From assembly GCA_043228905.1 (NCBI GenBank), contig JBHGNT010000017.1:12958001-13022000 (forward strand): a stretch of 64,000 nucleotides of DNA, written 5' to 3'. This DNA is from Azolla caroliniana. Its lineage: Eukaryota > Plantae > Polypodiophyta. Within the stretch, counting starts at the first letter, position 1. Every line of letters begins with the position of its first letter. This document shows, in pieces, positions 46,801 through 59,900 of this stretch. The translations under genes and the position numbers were made by a program. The notes under the pieces are model-generated. The model did no database searches. It saw only the letters and a list, made by a program, of their open reading frames with translations, and was not told the origin of the DNA.

Positions 46801-49800
46801 TGATCTGGTTGCCGACTGGAGAGTTGTCCGAGTCAAAACGTCCCCGATTCCGCTCGGATCTCCGACCACTCTCTTTTCTTTTTATTGACTAGCAATCGGA
46901 AACATTGTGGCCAACTTTCCTGCAGTGTGTGCAGTATTCACTTGTTCGACCCGTTCTCGACTTCGACCGTTGTCGGTCACCCCTTGTTTTTGATCAGCTG
47001 TAGTGACGACTGGTTCTGTCGGCTTGTTCCTTTGTTCGACTTTGTCGGTCGAACGACTTGGTCGAGTGATGGGCTTTTGCCGACTCATTGATGGTTAGTC
47101 CCATTGATTTTCGCCTGATGTCCATTGTGAGGACTTGGCTGGTTGTTTCGTCTAGATTTAGGATCGGTCGGCTATTGGCGTAAGTCGTACAGAATACCTT
47201 CCAACTCACTGGCAAGCTCAATAGGAGGGCAAGGGCTTTCACTTTTTCTTCAAAATTGATCCCTTGTGACAAGAGCTCTGACCACACCCAACTGAAGGTG
47301 TTGATGTGGGAGGTTGCTGGATCAGTCTCTTTCATCTTCATGTTGAACAATTGTTTGATCAAGATCAATTTTGAAGATGAGGACTTCTTCTCATAGATGG
47401 CTTGTAGTTTCTCCCACAATGAGAACGATGTCGTCTCTTTCGCCATGCTGAAATAGACGTTTTCGGCCAAATGCATTTGGATGGTGGAGCGTGTGATTTC
47501 GTCCCTTAATCTTCACTCCTCGGTTGTCATTGAAGCAGATTTTTCGCTGTGCCGAATGGCTTCAACCTGTCTTTGAATGATCAACACATCCTGCATCATC
47601 TCCTTCCACAAGGCAAAGTTTTTGCCGTCGAATTTTTTGATTTCAACTCCTGTTCCAGATGTTGAAGCCATATTCTGTTTGTGAACTCGAGATTTCTAAC
47701 CTGGTCTTTTCTTTCAGCTTCTTCTGTTGTCTGTTGCCACCGAACAGCAAAGATTCGCTCCAATACCAGTTGTGAGTATGAGTGTTATGTGCGAAAACGT
47801 GTATGGATCTGTAGTCGGTACTGAACAGCAAACAACACATACAGAAAATAGAATAGGCGTGGAGACTTACACAGATGGAGCTTTAATGGAAAGCTTCTTA
47901 TTACTTCATTGTTTCTCAAAGATATGATACTCTACTCGTCATTACTCATTACAATGTTAGGTATTCGCTTATATACTAAGCCCTAACTTATTAACGAGTT
48001 CACAGTAGGATAGATACAATTTGGAAGGAGTCGGCCTTTTATGCCAACTCTTGGGAAGGTTTCGTTGATGTTTTTAAGAAACAGTTTTTGCAGCCACCTT
48101 CTCAAACTGAACAAGCGCAACACTTGCTCACGTTGTCGAGTAAGACATTTACCTCTCTCGAGGATTATGTGCATCATGCTTGGACCCAGATCCAAAAATC
48201 GGGACTTACGGGTGAGAAATGGTTTGTTGCTTGCTTTTTGAATGGTATTCCTAATGGGGATTGCCATTGGATTGTCCATGACAAGGACCCCACAACTTTT
48301 GAGGAAGTCGTCAACATTGTACTTCGGTACCATAGGACTTCCAAGAAAGACTACAATAAACCTGAGTTCACCAAAACTCTGAATGTCAAGCTCATTGGGA
48401 AACGTAAGCAATCCAATGACACTCTTGACCACGACTCCAAGAAACCTAACCTCTTCTGTGCATATTGTAAGAAGCGGGGCCACATAAAGGTTACCTGTCG
48501 TCATCTTAAGAGGAATTCGATGAACACCCCTCCTCAAGACAAATCTATGAGTCACACAGGTGAATCTTTTGATGTTGTTGAAGTTCATACCAACCACTTA
48601 AGTTCATGTGAATGCACTTTTCCTTCACATTTACTTGGACCTAATGATTTACTCCGAGCAGTAGGGTATATCAATGGAACACAAGCACATTTCTTGTTTG
48701 ATTCCGGTAGTTCTCACAATTTTCTTAATGATCAGTTTGTGCAGCAAATGGAACTCCACATAAACGCAAGTGATCATATCTATCAAGTTCACATGGCAAA
48801 TGGAAGCCTTCAATACATCAATGGCATTGTTTGTCAATTGCAATTCAAATAGATACCTATTTGGAGAAGCTTGACTTTCATGTTATGAAACTACAATCCA
48901 CATATGTCATTTTAGGATACCCTTGGTTTTTTAATAAAAACCCTTCTTTGTCCATTGATTGGGTTAATCACTCAATCACATTTGAACTTAATAATTGTAA
49001 ACATTTTATTCAATGTTCCAAACTTCCTTCTTGTTCACTTGTGTCTTCTAAATCTTTAAGAGAGTATTCTAGTTCATTAATTTATTTGTGTGTAATTGAT
49101 CCTGCACTTCAATTTTATTATTTTAATATTGACGCCACACCATTACCACATTATGAACAACAATTACTTAACTCTATTTTAGATGATTTTCAAGATGTGT
49201 TTCCTAACAAATTGCCACTTACTTTACCACCAAAACGTAATGTGGACCATCAAATTGAACTCATCCCCAGTGCTGCTCCTGTGAGCATTCCACCTTACCA
49301 ACTTAGTCGATTAGAAGAGGATGAGATCGCTAAACAACTTAAGGAATACTTGAGTATGGGCCACATAAGGTATAGTAAATCACCTTGGGGTGCACCAGTT
49401 CTATTAGTAAAGAAGAAGGAAGTTTCATGGCGGATGTGTATCAATTATCGTTGTTTGAATAAAATGACAATTAAAAATGCATATCCGTTACCTCATGTTG
49501 ATGATTTGATTGATCGTTTGCATGGGGCTCAATATTTTACGAAAATTGACTTACAAACAGGTTATCATCAGATTTGCATTGCCAAGGATGATATTCCTAA
49601 AATCGCTTTTCGTATGCGCTATGGCCATTATGAGTTTTTAGTCATGCCTTTCGGGTTGCCTAATGCTCCAGCCACATTCCAACAAGCGATGAATGACGTT
49701 TTCCGAGATCAACTCGGTGATTTTGTTGTTGTCTTCTTGGATGATATTTTGATATATACCCATACCTTGCAAGACTATGTTCAACATGTTCGATTTGTTT

Positions 49801-51529
49801 TGCAAAAGTTGCATGACAACTCTTTCTATGCAAAACATTCAAAATGTGATTTTTTCCAAAAATCTATTGTGTACCTAGGTCATTTAATTATGGAAAATGA
49901 TGTTGAAATTGAACCTTCTCGTATTGAAAAGGTTAAACTTTGGCCCATTCCTCGTAATATTCGTCAACTGGGATCAATCTTAGGGTTTCTTGGATTTTTA
50001 CGAAAATCAATTCGTAACTATTGCAAATTGACTACGCCATTAACTGACCTTTTAAAAGGTCATCCACGTAAGTTTGTCAAACCAATTGCATGGAATGAAC
50101 AACTTGACAAATCATTTGAGACACTCAAAGAGCGTGTGTGTTAGGCTCCTACTCTTCTATTATCGGACCCTTCTAAGCCTTTCTCAATCGAAACCGATGC
50201 TAGTGATTATGTTATTGGTGTCGTTCTTTATCAAGGTGGTCACCCTATTGCTTTTGAAAGTAAGAAGCTTGATGCTACTCAATCTCGATATTCGGTTCAA
50301 GAGAAAGAGTTGTTTGCGGTAATACATGCACTTAAAACATGGAGGCACTATCTCTATGGAAATAAATTTGTCGTTACAACATACCATCAATCATTGAAGT
50401 ATTTTTGTGACCAGCCAGATCTTGTTGGTCGTAAAGGCCGTTGGGCTGACCTTATGCAAGATTTTGACTTTTCCATACGGTATCGCAAGGGTTCTATGAA
50501 CACTGTTGCGGATGCTCTTAGTCGCATTAAAGAAGTTAACATGCTTAGCTTCACGGAAATAAAATCTAATCTTTTAGATCACCTTTGAGGGAAATACCTT
50601 GATGACAATTATTTTTCGAAATACTAGACGAAAGTCGAATCTCGTTTAGATGTTGATACTAGCACCCTACCCTCGAAGGCGACCTTTCACATTACAAACG
50701 GTTCTCTCTACATAAAACAGAACGTAAAACAGAAAATTCTTCATGAATGTCAAGATGCACCATCTGCTGGTCATCCTGGAATACAATGCACACTCGTTCT
50801 CATCTCGAGTACTTTTTTCTAGCCTAAGATGCGCTCTGATGTGCATAAATACGTAACTCAATGCTTACAATGTCAGATTAATAAGTCAGAACGACTTAAA
50901 ATTGTGGGTCTTTTACATCCCTTCGATATTCCCAACAACAAATGGGAAAGTATGTGGATGGATTTTATTGTTAGTTTACCTCGTACACAGAGGGGTCATG
51001 ATGCCATTTGGGTTGTCGTTGACAAACTAACAAAATTGGCTAGATTTATTCTTACCAAAACCACGATAACCGCTCAACAATTGGCTTATCAATTTGTTGA
51101 TGAGTTATTTCGCTTTTATGGATTACCGATGGATATTGTTAGTGATCGAGATTCCAAGTTTACTAGTGACTTTTGGACTCAGGTCTTTAAGAAACTAGAA
51201 ACTACGTTGAGCATGAGTTCAGTAGATCATCCTCAGTCTGATGGACAAACTGAACGAGTTAATCAAATTATTGAGGACATGCTTCGAGCTTATGTAGCAA
51301 AAACCCCTTCTAAGTGGGAGCAATACCTTCCTATCTTAGACTTTGCCTATAATAGCTCTAAACATACATCCACTAGATATAGTCCTTTTATGTTGATGTA
51401 TGGTTTTCAGCCATGTGCCCCAGTTGATGTCACGATTCATCGTGATACATTAGAAAGTGTAGAAAACAAATAGTGTGCGGAAGCAATAGAGCACAGAAAA
51501 CAGGTTTAATGGAGAGCTTAACAGTACAT

Positions 51530-52223
51530 TGTCGTGTTGTTACGCGCGTGCGTGGAGAACGAGGCAGGACTACCGGGGTCTTGGACCGAGAAATAGCTGA
51601 GAAGGAGGAGAACGGAAAGGCAACGGACGCACTTGCACACGCACAGACACGGGAGCACACTCACAGTCCAACAACACAGCAAAACGAGACGACTCGAAGT
51701 CCGAGTATCTGAACACGTATGTATATAAATATATATATATATATATATACCAAGACGGTTACAACTAACAGGCCGGCAAGGCGAACACCGCCGCCTATTC
51801 AATCACACACAGAAGAGCGAGATGGAGACTCTGCCAGAAGCACACGGGCGTTCCACGAAGCAGAGTCAGCCTTCCGAACACCTGCGCAAAAATGGCTATG
51901 GAGAGTGGCAGAGGAGAAGGGCTTGGTCCCAGTCCGGCAGCACTTCGTCCTCTCTAACGCGCGATCCCTTTTCATTCCTCTCCCTCTCTTTTATAGCCCA
52001 AGGAGGGAGGCCGTTATCATCCGTTACATCACATTAATTCTCTGTCCTTTCGGACAGAGATACACCTCAATTCTCTCCCTATTGAATGCGTGCTACCTAG
52101 GATTTCACCTCAGCCGACTTGTACCTACCTACTTACCATACAACGAAAAGTGTGCTCGCGTGTAAGGGCCGGTTTACACACGCTAAACTCGGTTTCCGCC
52201 TAGGGACGGTTTTCTTCATGACA
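51530..52223. mobile_element. Solo LTR with TGTCGTG..CATGACA termini inserted in the Copia LTR
   Basis: Absent from the sister LTR (ACAGT-ACGC-GGGAG at ~61063-61076); flanked by ACAT/ACGC (decayed 4-bp TSD); contains a (TA)n tract. Confidence 0.8.
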
Positions 52224-53350
52224 ACGCGGGAGAGACAGAGAGAGAGAGAGAGAGCACACAGAAAGTTAATTCACAAATACTACTCAGTCTGTACATCGTA
52301 TGTGTTCAGTGAACACTTTTATACAAGTCCATACGGACTGACAGAAGTACGGTGTACTTCAATGTTCACACGAGCGTCTGACACTAACTACGAGATATTA
52401 ACTCCCTAGTAGACTAGATGTTACTTGGCTTCTGGTTACTGCTTGATCCAGCTAACCAGCTCCCCAGCTCACCAGCTCATCCACCGATCGGGCTCATCCT
52501 TCCGGATGCCGATCCGGCTCAGGCTTATTCAGCTGATCCGGATCCGGTTGAGCTTGCCGCTCAACACTCCCCCTCAAGCTCAACTTGAGGTCGAATCGTA
52601 GTGTCAATCTCCATGGCAGCCGGCCCTTCCACCTGGCTCCTTCTGGCATCACTCCGCCTCGCTCGCGCTCCTTGTCCGGTCCAGTCCCGTTTGCCGCGAC
52701 CCTTCTGTTTCTGCGCATCTCGACCTCCGTGGTCGGCTTGTCTGCTCAACAGGCCCAAATCAGCTCCCTCGTTGTTGTGACTTCGATGCTTGTCGACCCG
52801 CCGATTCCTTCATGTTGGCGTCGACTTTTGCTACCATTTCTTCCTCTTGGCCTTGATTTGATCCAGTTCTTCCGAATCCGTCTGTTGAACCGAATCGGTT
52901 GTCTCTGATTCGTTCTAGCTCTTGTTTGACTCAGTTGCTCTATTCTTCTTGTCTCCCCCTTTGTCGGTTCTTCCCTCATCGGCACAATCGGCAGTTTCTT
53001 TGCCTTTGCCCGTTCCGGTGTCTTTGCCCGTTCTCCCCCTCAAATGTGGCACATCGAGATGCTGAACACCAAGCATTTCGGTGAAGTGTTGCAACTTGTC
53101 TGATACGAGCAATTTGGTGAAGATATCAGCAACTTGTCGATCCGTATGAACAAACCGAAGTTCAACTTCACCGCTCAGGACACGCTCACGCACGAAGTGG
53201 TAGTGCACTTCTATGTGCTTTGTGCGGGCATGGAATACGGGGTTTTTGGCGAGTTGCATGTTGCTTATGTTGTTGCAGTAGATCGGGATAGGGGTCTGCA
53301 CCTCAATCCGTAGGTCTTGCAACAGTCGCCGAAGCCAAATGGCTTCACAG

Positions 53351-56300
53351 TGTTAGGAAATAGGTCCCTCCGAATGGGAAGTGAGAAGAACAGTACTGAT
53401 GAGAAGTACCCGGCTACGGAAGACCCAGTGAGAACCGGACGAGGAGTACCCAGCTACGGAAGACCCGGTGAGAACCGGATGAGAAGTACCCGGCAAGAGC
53501 CGGATGGTGAAGACCCGGTGAGAACCGGATGAAGAGTACCCGACTACGAAAGACCCGATGAGAACCGGATGACAAGTGCCCGGCAAGAGCCGGATGATGC
53601 AGGCCCGGTGAGGAGTGCTCACCGGATGAAGGGAAATATCCATAAATATGTCTTCTGAGAGTCCATCGGGGCTATATTTGTAAATAGTCAAAAAGTCATA
53701 TTAGTATAAATATGACTTAGGGCAAACTTAGAAAGTAGTTGTCATTCTTGTTGGCGCAAGATTAGAGCGCGCAACTGTGTACAGAGAGAGTGAGAGAGAG
53801 GAAGAGGTCGTTGCCTCTATTGTAACCGCCGCCTGTGGCGAAGATAGCAAGCTCGAGGTCGTGGCCTCGGTGCTTTCTTATTGTACATTCTGATATAGTG
53901 ATAGTTTGCGGTCTATTGGTTGCCGTGGTTTTTCCCGAGTTTGGGTTTTCCATGTAAACATTCTGTGTACTCTTCTCTCTATCGTGTTGTGCTTTCATTC
54001 CCTGTTTTCTTTGTTTTATTCTAGGCTCGGTTGTGGCCAAGCGTTGTTCATCAGGAGCGTGCACTTCCTGACAAAGTGGTATCAAAGCAAAACGACACAG
54101 AAAATGGACGATTCGTTGGGGGGCATGTTCAAGCTCACCGGCTCCAACTATTTGGTGTGGAAGTTGAAGATGAGGGACATGCTCGTGGTTAAAGATCTTT
54201 GGTTGCTGGTCCAGTTTGGGGACAAGAGATTGGACAAAATCGACACCACGATATGGGAGGTGATGCACATGAAGACAACGGCTTACATACGGTGCTTCAT
54301 CGACATGAGCCTATACAACAACTTCAATGACGAGAGCAAGGCTCATGAGCTCTGGGAGAAGATCGACATTATGTTTCAGAACAAAAATGTTGTTAACCAG
54401 GTTTCGGTATTCTGGAAGCTAGTAAGACTCCGGTACCAAGATGGCTCTAGCATGGCGGAGCTCTACCAAGGCCACCGATGAGACGTAATGCACCACTGGA
54501 GTTGGTGCATACTGATGTGTGTCAAGTGGACACAAAGTCACATGCTGGATCGCAGTACTTCGTGACGTTCATAGATGACCACAGCCGGAAGCTGCGGGCC
54601 ACACCGTTGAAGACGAAGGATCAGGTGCTATCCGTCTTCAAAGAGCTCCACGCGAGAGTGGAAAGAGAAACCGGCCGGAAGCTGAAGGCAGTGCGAGCAG
54701 ATAACGGAGGTGAATACCGGGGGCAGTTCGAGGAGTACTGTCGCTCGAAGGGAATCCGGCTCAAATTTACCGTGCCGAAGACGCCGGAACTAAACGGACT
54801 GGCCGAGAGGATGAACCGGACCATAATGGAGAGGGTCTGGAGTATGTTGGCACATGCAAAACTACCCAAGAAGTTTTGGGCTGAGGCACTGTCGACGGCG
54901 ACATATGTGATAAACAGATCACCCTCAGTACCCTTGGACGGAGACACGCCGCAAAGAGTCTGGACCGGTAAAGAAGTGTCCTACCGGCATCTGAAGGTAT
55001 TCGGGTGTCTCGTGTACGTGCATGTAGCTAAGGACCGGAGAGGAAAGTTAGATCCAAAGACCCGGCCATGCATATTCCTCGGTTACGGCGACGATGAGTT
55101 TGGCTACCGAGTGTGGGACCCGGTCGACAAGAAGGTATTCCGAAGTCGAGATATTATCTTCATGGAGGACAAGACGCTCGCCGACTGGGAGTCGAAGAAG
55201 AAGATAATGAACTCCGAGTCGACCGGTCCGGTAAGGATCGATTCTACGATGAGCAGACCCAACCGGCAGGAGACCGGTTACGGTGAGGATACCGAACCGG
55301 CAGAAGAAGTAGAGGAAGCTGAAATCAGAACGGTGCTGAGTATAGCGGCAAGCATGGTCCGGCAAGACAGATGCTGGGGATGCATATCATCCAGAACCGG
55401 CCAACGAAGCAGTTGTGGCTGTCACAGGAGAAGTACGTGACAAAGGTGCTTCAGCGGTTCAACATGTAAGATGCGAAACCGGTCGGATCGACACTTCCGG
55501 CAAACTGCAGATTATCCGGTAAGCAAAGCCCGAAGACGAAAGCAGAGAAGGCTGATATGTTGAAGGTTCCATATGGCTCTGCCGTCGGGAGCTTAATGTA
55601 CGCAATGGTGTGTACCCGACCGGATATAGGATACGCAGTCGGAGTGGTGAGCCGGTTTATGAGCAATCTCGGCAAGGAGCACTGGAACGCGATCAAATGG
55701 ATACTCTAGTACTTGAAGGGCACTTCGAACATGTGTCTTCGATTCGGCTCCAGTAAACCTCAACATGACGGTTTTACCGATTCGGACATGTCGGCTGATG
55801 TGGATACCAACCGGTCTACATCCGGGTATGTAATGACGTATGCAGGGGGAGCTGTCTCGTGGCAGTCGAGGCTGCAGAAGACAGTTGTGTTGTCAACCAC
55901 GGAGGCAGAGTACATGGCGGCTGTGGAAGCCAGCAAGGAAATATTATGGATGAAGGACCTCATCGGAGAGCTCGGTATCTGGCAAGATGAATACCGACTC
56001 TATTGCGACAGTCAAAGTGCCATCCACCTTGCTAAGAATGCGGCCTACCATTCCCGGACGAAGCATATCCAGCGAAGGTATCACTGGATCCGAGAAAGAG
56101 TAGATGACCAAGAGTTCGCGCGGACAAAGATCCACACAGCCGAGAACGGATCAGATATGCTGACCAAAGTACTGATACCCGACAAGTTGGATGCATGCCG
56201 GAAGCGGATCGGACTAGTAAGACACCACATGCCGGAGTGAAGGGGGAGTTTGTTAGGAAACAAGTCCCTCCGGATGGGAAGTGAGAAGAACAGTACTGAT

Positions 56301-56933
56301 GAGAAGTACCCAACAAGAGCTGGATGGTGAAGACCCGGTGAGAACCGGATGAAGAGTACCTGACTACGGAAGACCCGGTGAGAACCGGATGAAGAGTACC
56401 CGACTACGAAAGACCCGGTGAGAACCGGATGACAAGTGCCCGGCAAGAGCCGGATGATGCAAGCCCGGTAAGGAGTGCTCACCGGATGAAGGGACATATT
56501 CGTAAATATGTTTCTTGAGAGGCCATCAGGGCTATATTTGTAAATAGCCGAAAAGTCATATTAGTATAAATATGACTTAGGGCAAACTTAGAAAGTAGTT
56601 GTCATTCTTGTTGGCGCAAGATTAGAGCACGCAACTATGTACAGAGAGAGTGAGAGAGAGGAAGAGGTCGTTGCCGCTGTTGTAACCGCCGCCTGTGGCG
56701 AAGATAGCAAGCTCGAGGTCATGGCCTCGGTGCTTTCTTATTGTACATTCTGATATAGTGATAGTTTGCGGTCTGTGGGTTGCCGTGGTTTTTCCCGAGT
56801 TTGGGTTTTCCATGTAAACATCCTGTGTACTCTTCTCTCTATCGTGTTGTGCTTTCATTCCTTGTTTTCTGTGTTTTATTCTAGGCTCGGTTGTGCCCGA
56901 GCATTGTTCATCGGGAGCGTGCACTTCTTGACA
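53351..56933 (+). mobile_element. Internally deleted, chimeric Copia (3.6 kb) inserted in the RNase H of the host Copia
   Basis: LTRs 53351-54073 and 56251-56933 with ~39-bp U3 tandem repeats; TSD CACAG; PBS TGGTATCAAAGC; PPT AAGGGGGAG; partial gag, integrase core ORF 54478-55440, RNase H 55713-56240. Confidence 0.95.
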
Positions 56934-59900
56934 CACAGGTGGCAACGGTAGCGCCCCGGTATTCAGCCTCAGTGCTCGAGAGGGCCATTGTTGGCTACTT
57001 TTTGTTGCTCCACGCAACAGCCACGCTACCAAGGGAAAACATATAGCCGGAGGTGGATCGGCGATCCGATGCATCGCCAGCCCAGTCGGCATCGGTGTAG
57101 CTGACTAGCTCTTCGGTTATACCATGCCAGTATAACAGTCCCCGGTCCTTCGTGCCGCTCACATGTCGCAAAATTCGATGCGCGTACAGAAGGTGCTCTA
57201 CGGTCAACTTCTGCATATATTGGTTGATCCCGTCGACCGGATAACTGATGTCGGGTCGGGTGATTGTCAAATATATAAGGCTTCCGACGATTTTTCAGAA
57301 CCGTTTCTCATCGTAGGTTGGTCCAGAGTCGAGATGGAGCTTCTGGTTCCAGTCCAAGGGTGTAGAGATCGGTCGGCATTCCGTCATGCCGAATTTGTAC
57401 AGCATATTCAACACATAGTGTCGTTGTGAGAGCAATATGCCATCGGGGGTTCGGATCACCTCGATCTCGAGGAAATAGTGAAGGTCCCCCAGGTCCTTCA
57501 TCTCAAATGCGTCCGACAACGGGGACTTGACTCAGTTGATTTCATCGAGTCCAGGTCCGGTGATGACTAGATCATCAACATACAACAAGATGCAAACCGG
57601 ACCGTCCGGACCTTGCCGGATGAGCAACGAAGAGTCGGACTTGGAGGCCACAAACCCCATCTTACGCAACTGGTGCGTGATCTTCGCATTCCAAGCTCGG
57701 GGGGCTTGCTTTAGGCCATAAAGGGACTTCTTCAACCGGCATACCACCGACTTGTTCATCTTCGTCTGGAAACCGGGAGGTTGGGTCATAAAGACCTCTT
57801 CTTCATGATCTCCTTGAAGAAATGCATTCTTCACGTCCATCTTGTGAAGATGCCACTCCCTTGCCGCAACAACCGCCAGCACCACACGAACCGTCGTCAT
57901 CTTCGCTACCGGAGCGAAGGTCTCATCATAGTCGATTCCGTGGGACTGTGCGTATCCCTTCGCCACTAAACCGGCCTTGTACTGGTTAACCGATCTGTCG
58001 GCATTGTATTTTACTTTATACACCCACTTACATCCGATCGGTTTACAGTGTCGGGGAGGATCAACTAGGTCCCATGTGTCATTGGCATCAAGTGCCCGCA
58101 TTTCTTCCTCCATAGCAGCACGCCAATTTGCGTCCTTTGCCGCTTCTGCGTAGCTTTCTGGCTCACGCACCTCCGCCACCTTGGTCATGTACGCATAGTG
58201 ATGCGCCATGTACTCGTTGTATCCATGCCACTTCACAGGTTCCTTTTGGCGGGAAGACCGGTGTAACTCACCGTTACCTGGTTTTGGGCCCTTCTTGGCC
58301 GGTTCGGTCTTCGTTCCCGAAGATTCGCCATCTTGCTTTCCGGAGTCGGATTCAGTCCGATCCAACTCGTCATTGCCGGTTTCGTATCCCGACATCTTCT
58401 TCTTCCCCTTCTCTTTGTGCATGAACCGTCTCCTCAGTTCCTTGCGCGGGGAGAGCACGTCAGAGTCTCCACTACTCGCCGGTTCATCATCCGATTGGTT
58501 TGGTAAACCCAGTCGCTCGTTCGGCCCGCTCAACCGAAACGATTCCGGACTCTCTTCTTGAGTCTCGGACCCTTCGTCTTCTAACTGGACCAGTTCAGGC
58601 TCACTAGCCTCATCCTCCAGTATCGGGTCGGGGTCGGAAATCGGTAAGGCATACCATGCATGATGCTACTTCATCAAACTCTACATACCGGCTAACTCAG
58701 ACCTGCTTCGTCCGGGGGTTATAACACTTATACCCCTTTTGCTCATGCGAGTAACCGACCAGGATGCATTTCTCCAACTTTGCATCCAACTTCCTCTGCT
58801 TCGCATCCGGCACATGCACATATGCAATGCTACCGAATATCCAAAGGTGTTGCAAATTCGGCTTGCGCTTGAAATATAGCTCATGCGCGGACACCTTGTC
58901 ACCAATCTGGTTCTGAATGTAGACAGCCGTCCGGACCGCCTCTGCCCAGTAGAAATGGGGCATGCTCTTCTCTTCTAGCATTGCCCTTGCCGCGTCGACA
59001 AGCGAGCGATTTTTCCTTTCAGCCACGCCGTTTTGCTCCGGTGTATATCTGCAGCTGAATTCTCTTCGAATTCTTTTTACTGTAGATAACTGTTGAATTG
59101 GCCAGAAAAATATTCTTTTCCGCCATCCGACTGCAGGCACTTGATCTTCCTCTCTGTTTACCCTTCAACCAGGCTCTGCAGGTTCCGGAAACACTCGAAG
59201 ACTTCGCTCTTCCGCTCGATGAGGTAGATCCATGTGTGCCAGCTGTAGTAGTCGTCGATGAAGGAGACGAAATACCGGCTCCTGCCAAAACTAACGTTCT
59301 GTGGCGGTCCCCATACATCCGAATGAATAAGGTCGAGCTTGTTACGGCTACGGTTTCATTCGGTGGGGAATGGAAGCCAATGTTGCTTCCCGAGTTGGCA
59401 GGCTTCACATATTTGGGCCTTCCATCCACTGAACTTCGGCAAACCGAAAACAACTTGTTTCATTTGTAGGTCTTGGAGCCTCCGATAATTGACATGGCCG
59501 ATCCGCTTGTGCCAAAGATCAATATCCGATTCGATCTTCTATCCTTTTGCAAACAACGTGGTGCCAACATCATTGGTGTTGAGGATAAACATCCTCCTGT
59601 CTCTGCGCCCTTGCGCAATGATTTGGCCCTCTTCCTCAATGAAGCACACGAGGTGCGTAAACCGCACTTGCATCCCCTGGTCGACAATCTGTCCAACCGA
59701 CACCAGGTTCTTCGTGATGGTCGGAACGTGTAATACGTTCATTACCTTCCCCCTCTGTCCGATGTGGGTCAAAGGGACTTCTCCAATATGCACAATTGGG
59801 TGTGGAGTGTCGTCTCCGGTTTCGACAACTCCTGGTTGTTCCGATTTCTCCAAGAAGGAGAACCACTCTTTATGGCTCGTCATGTGGTTCAACGCACCAA

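Larger units (their letters stand above)
38206..48049 (-). mobile_element. Degenerate Ty1/Copia element inserted in the chromovirus gag
   Basis: 279-bp LTRs 38206-38484 and 47771-48049; TSD CTTGG (38201-38205, 48050-48054); mutated iMet PBS ~47757-47768; PPT 38485-38493; gag, integrase, RT and RNase H fragments 43944-47700. Confidence 0.93.
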
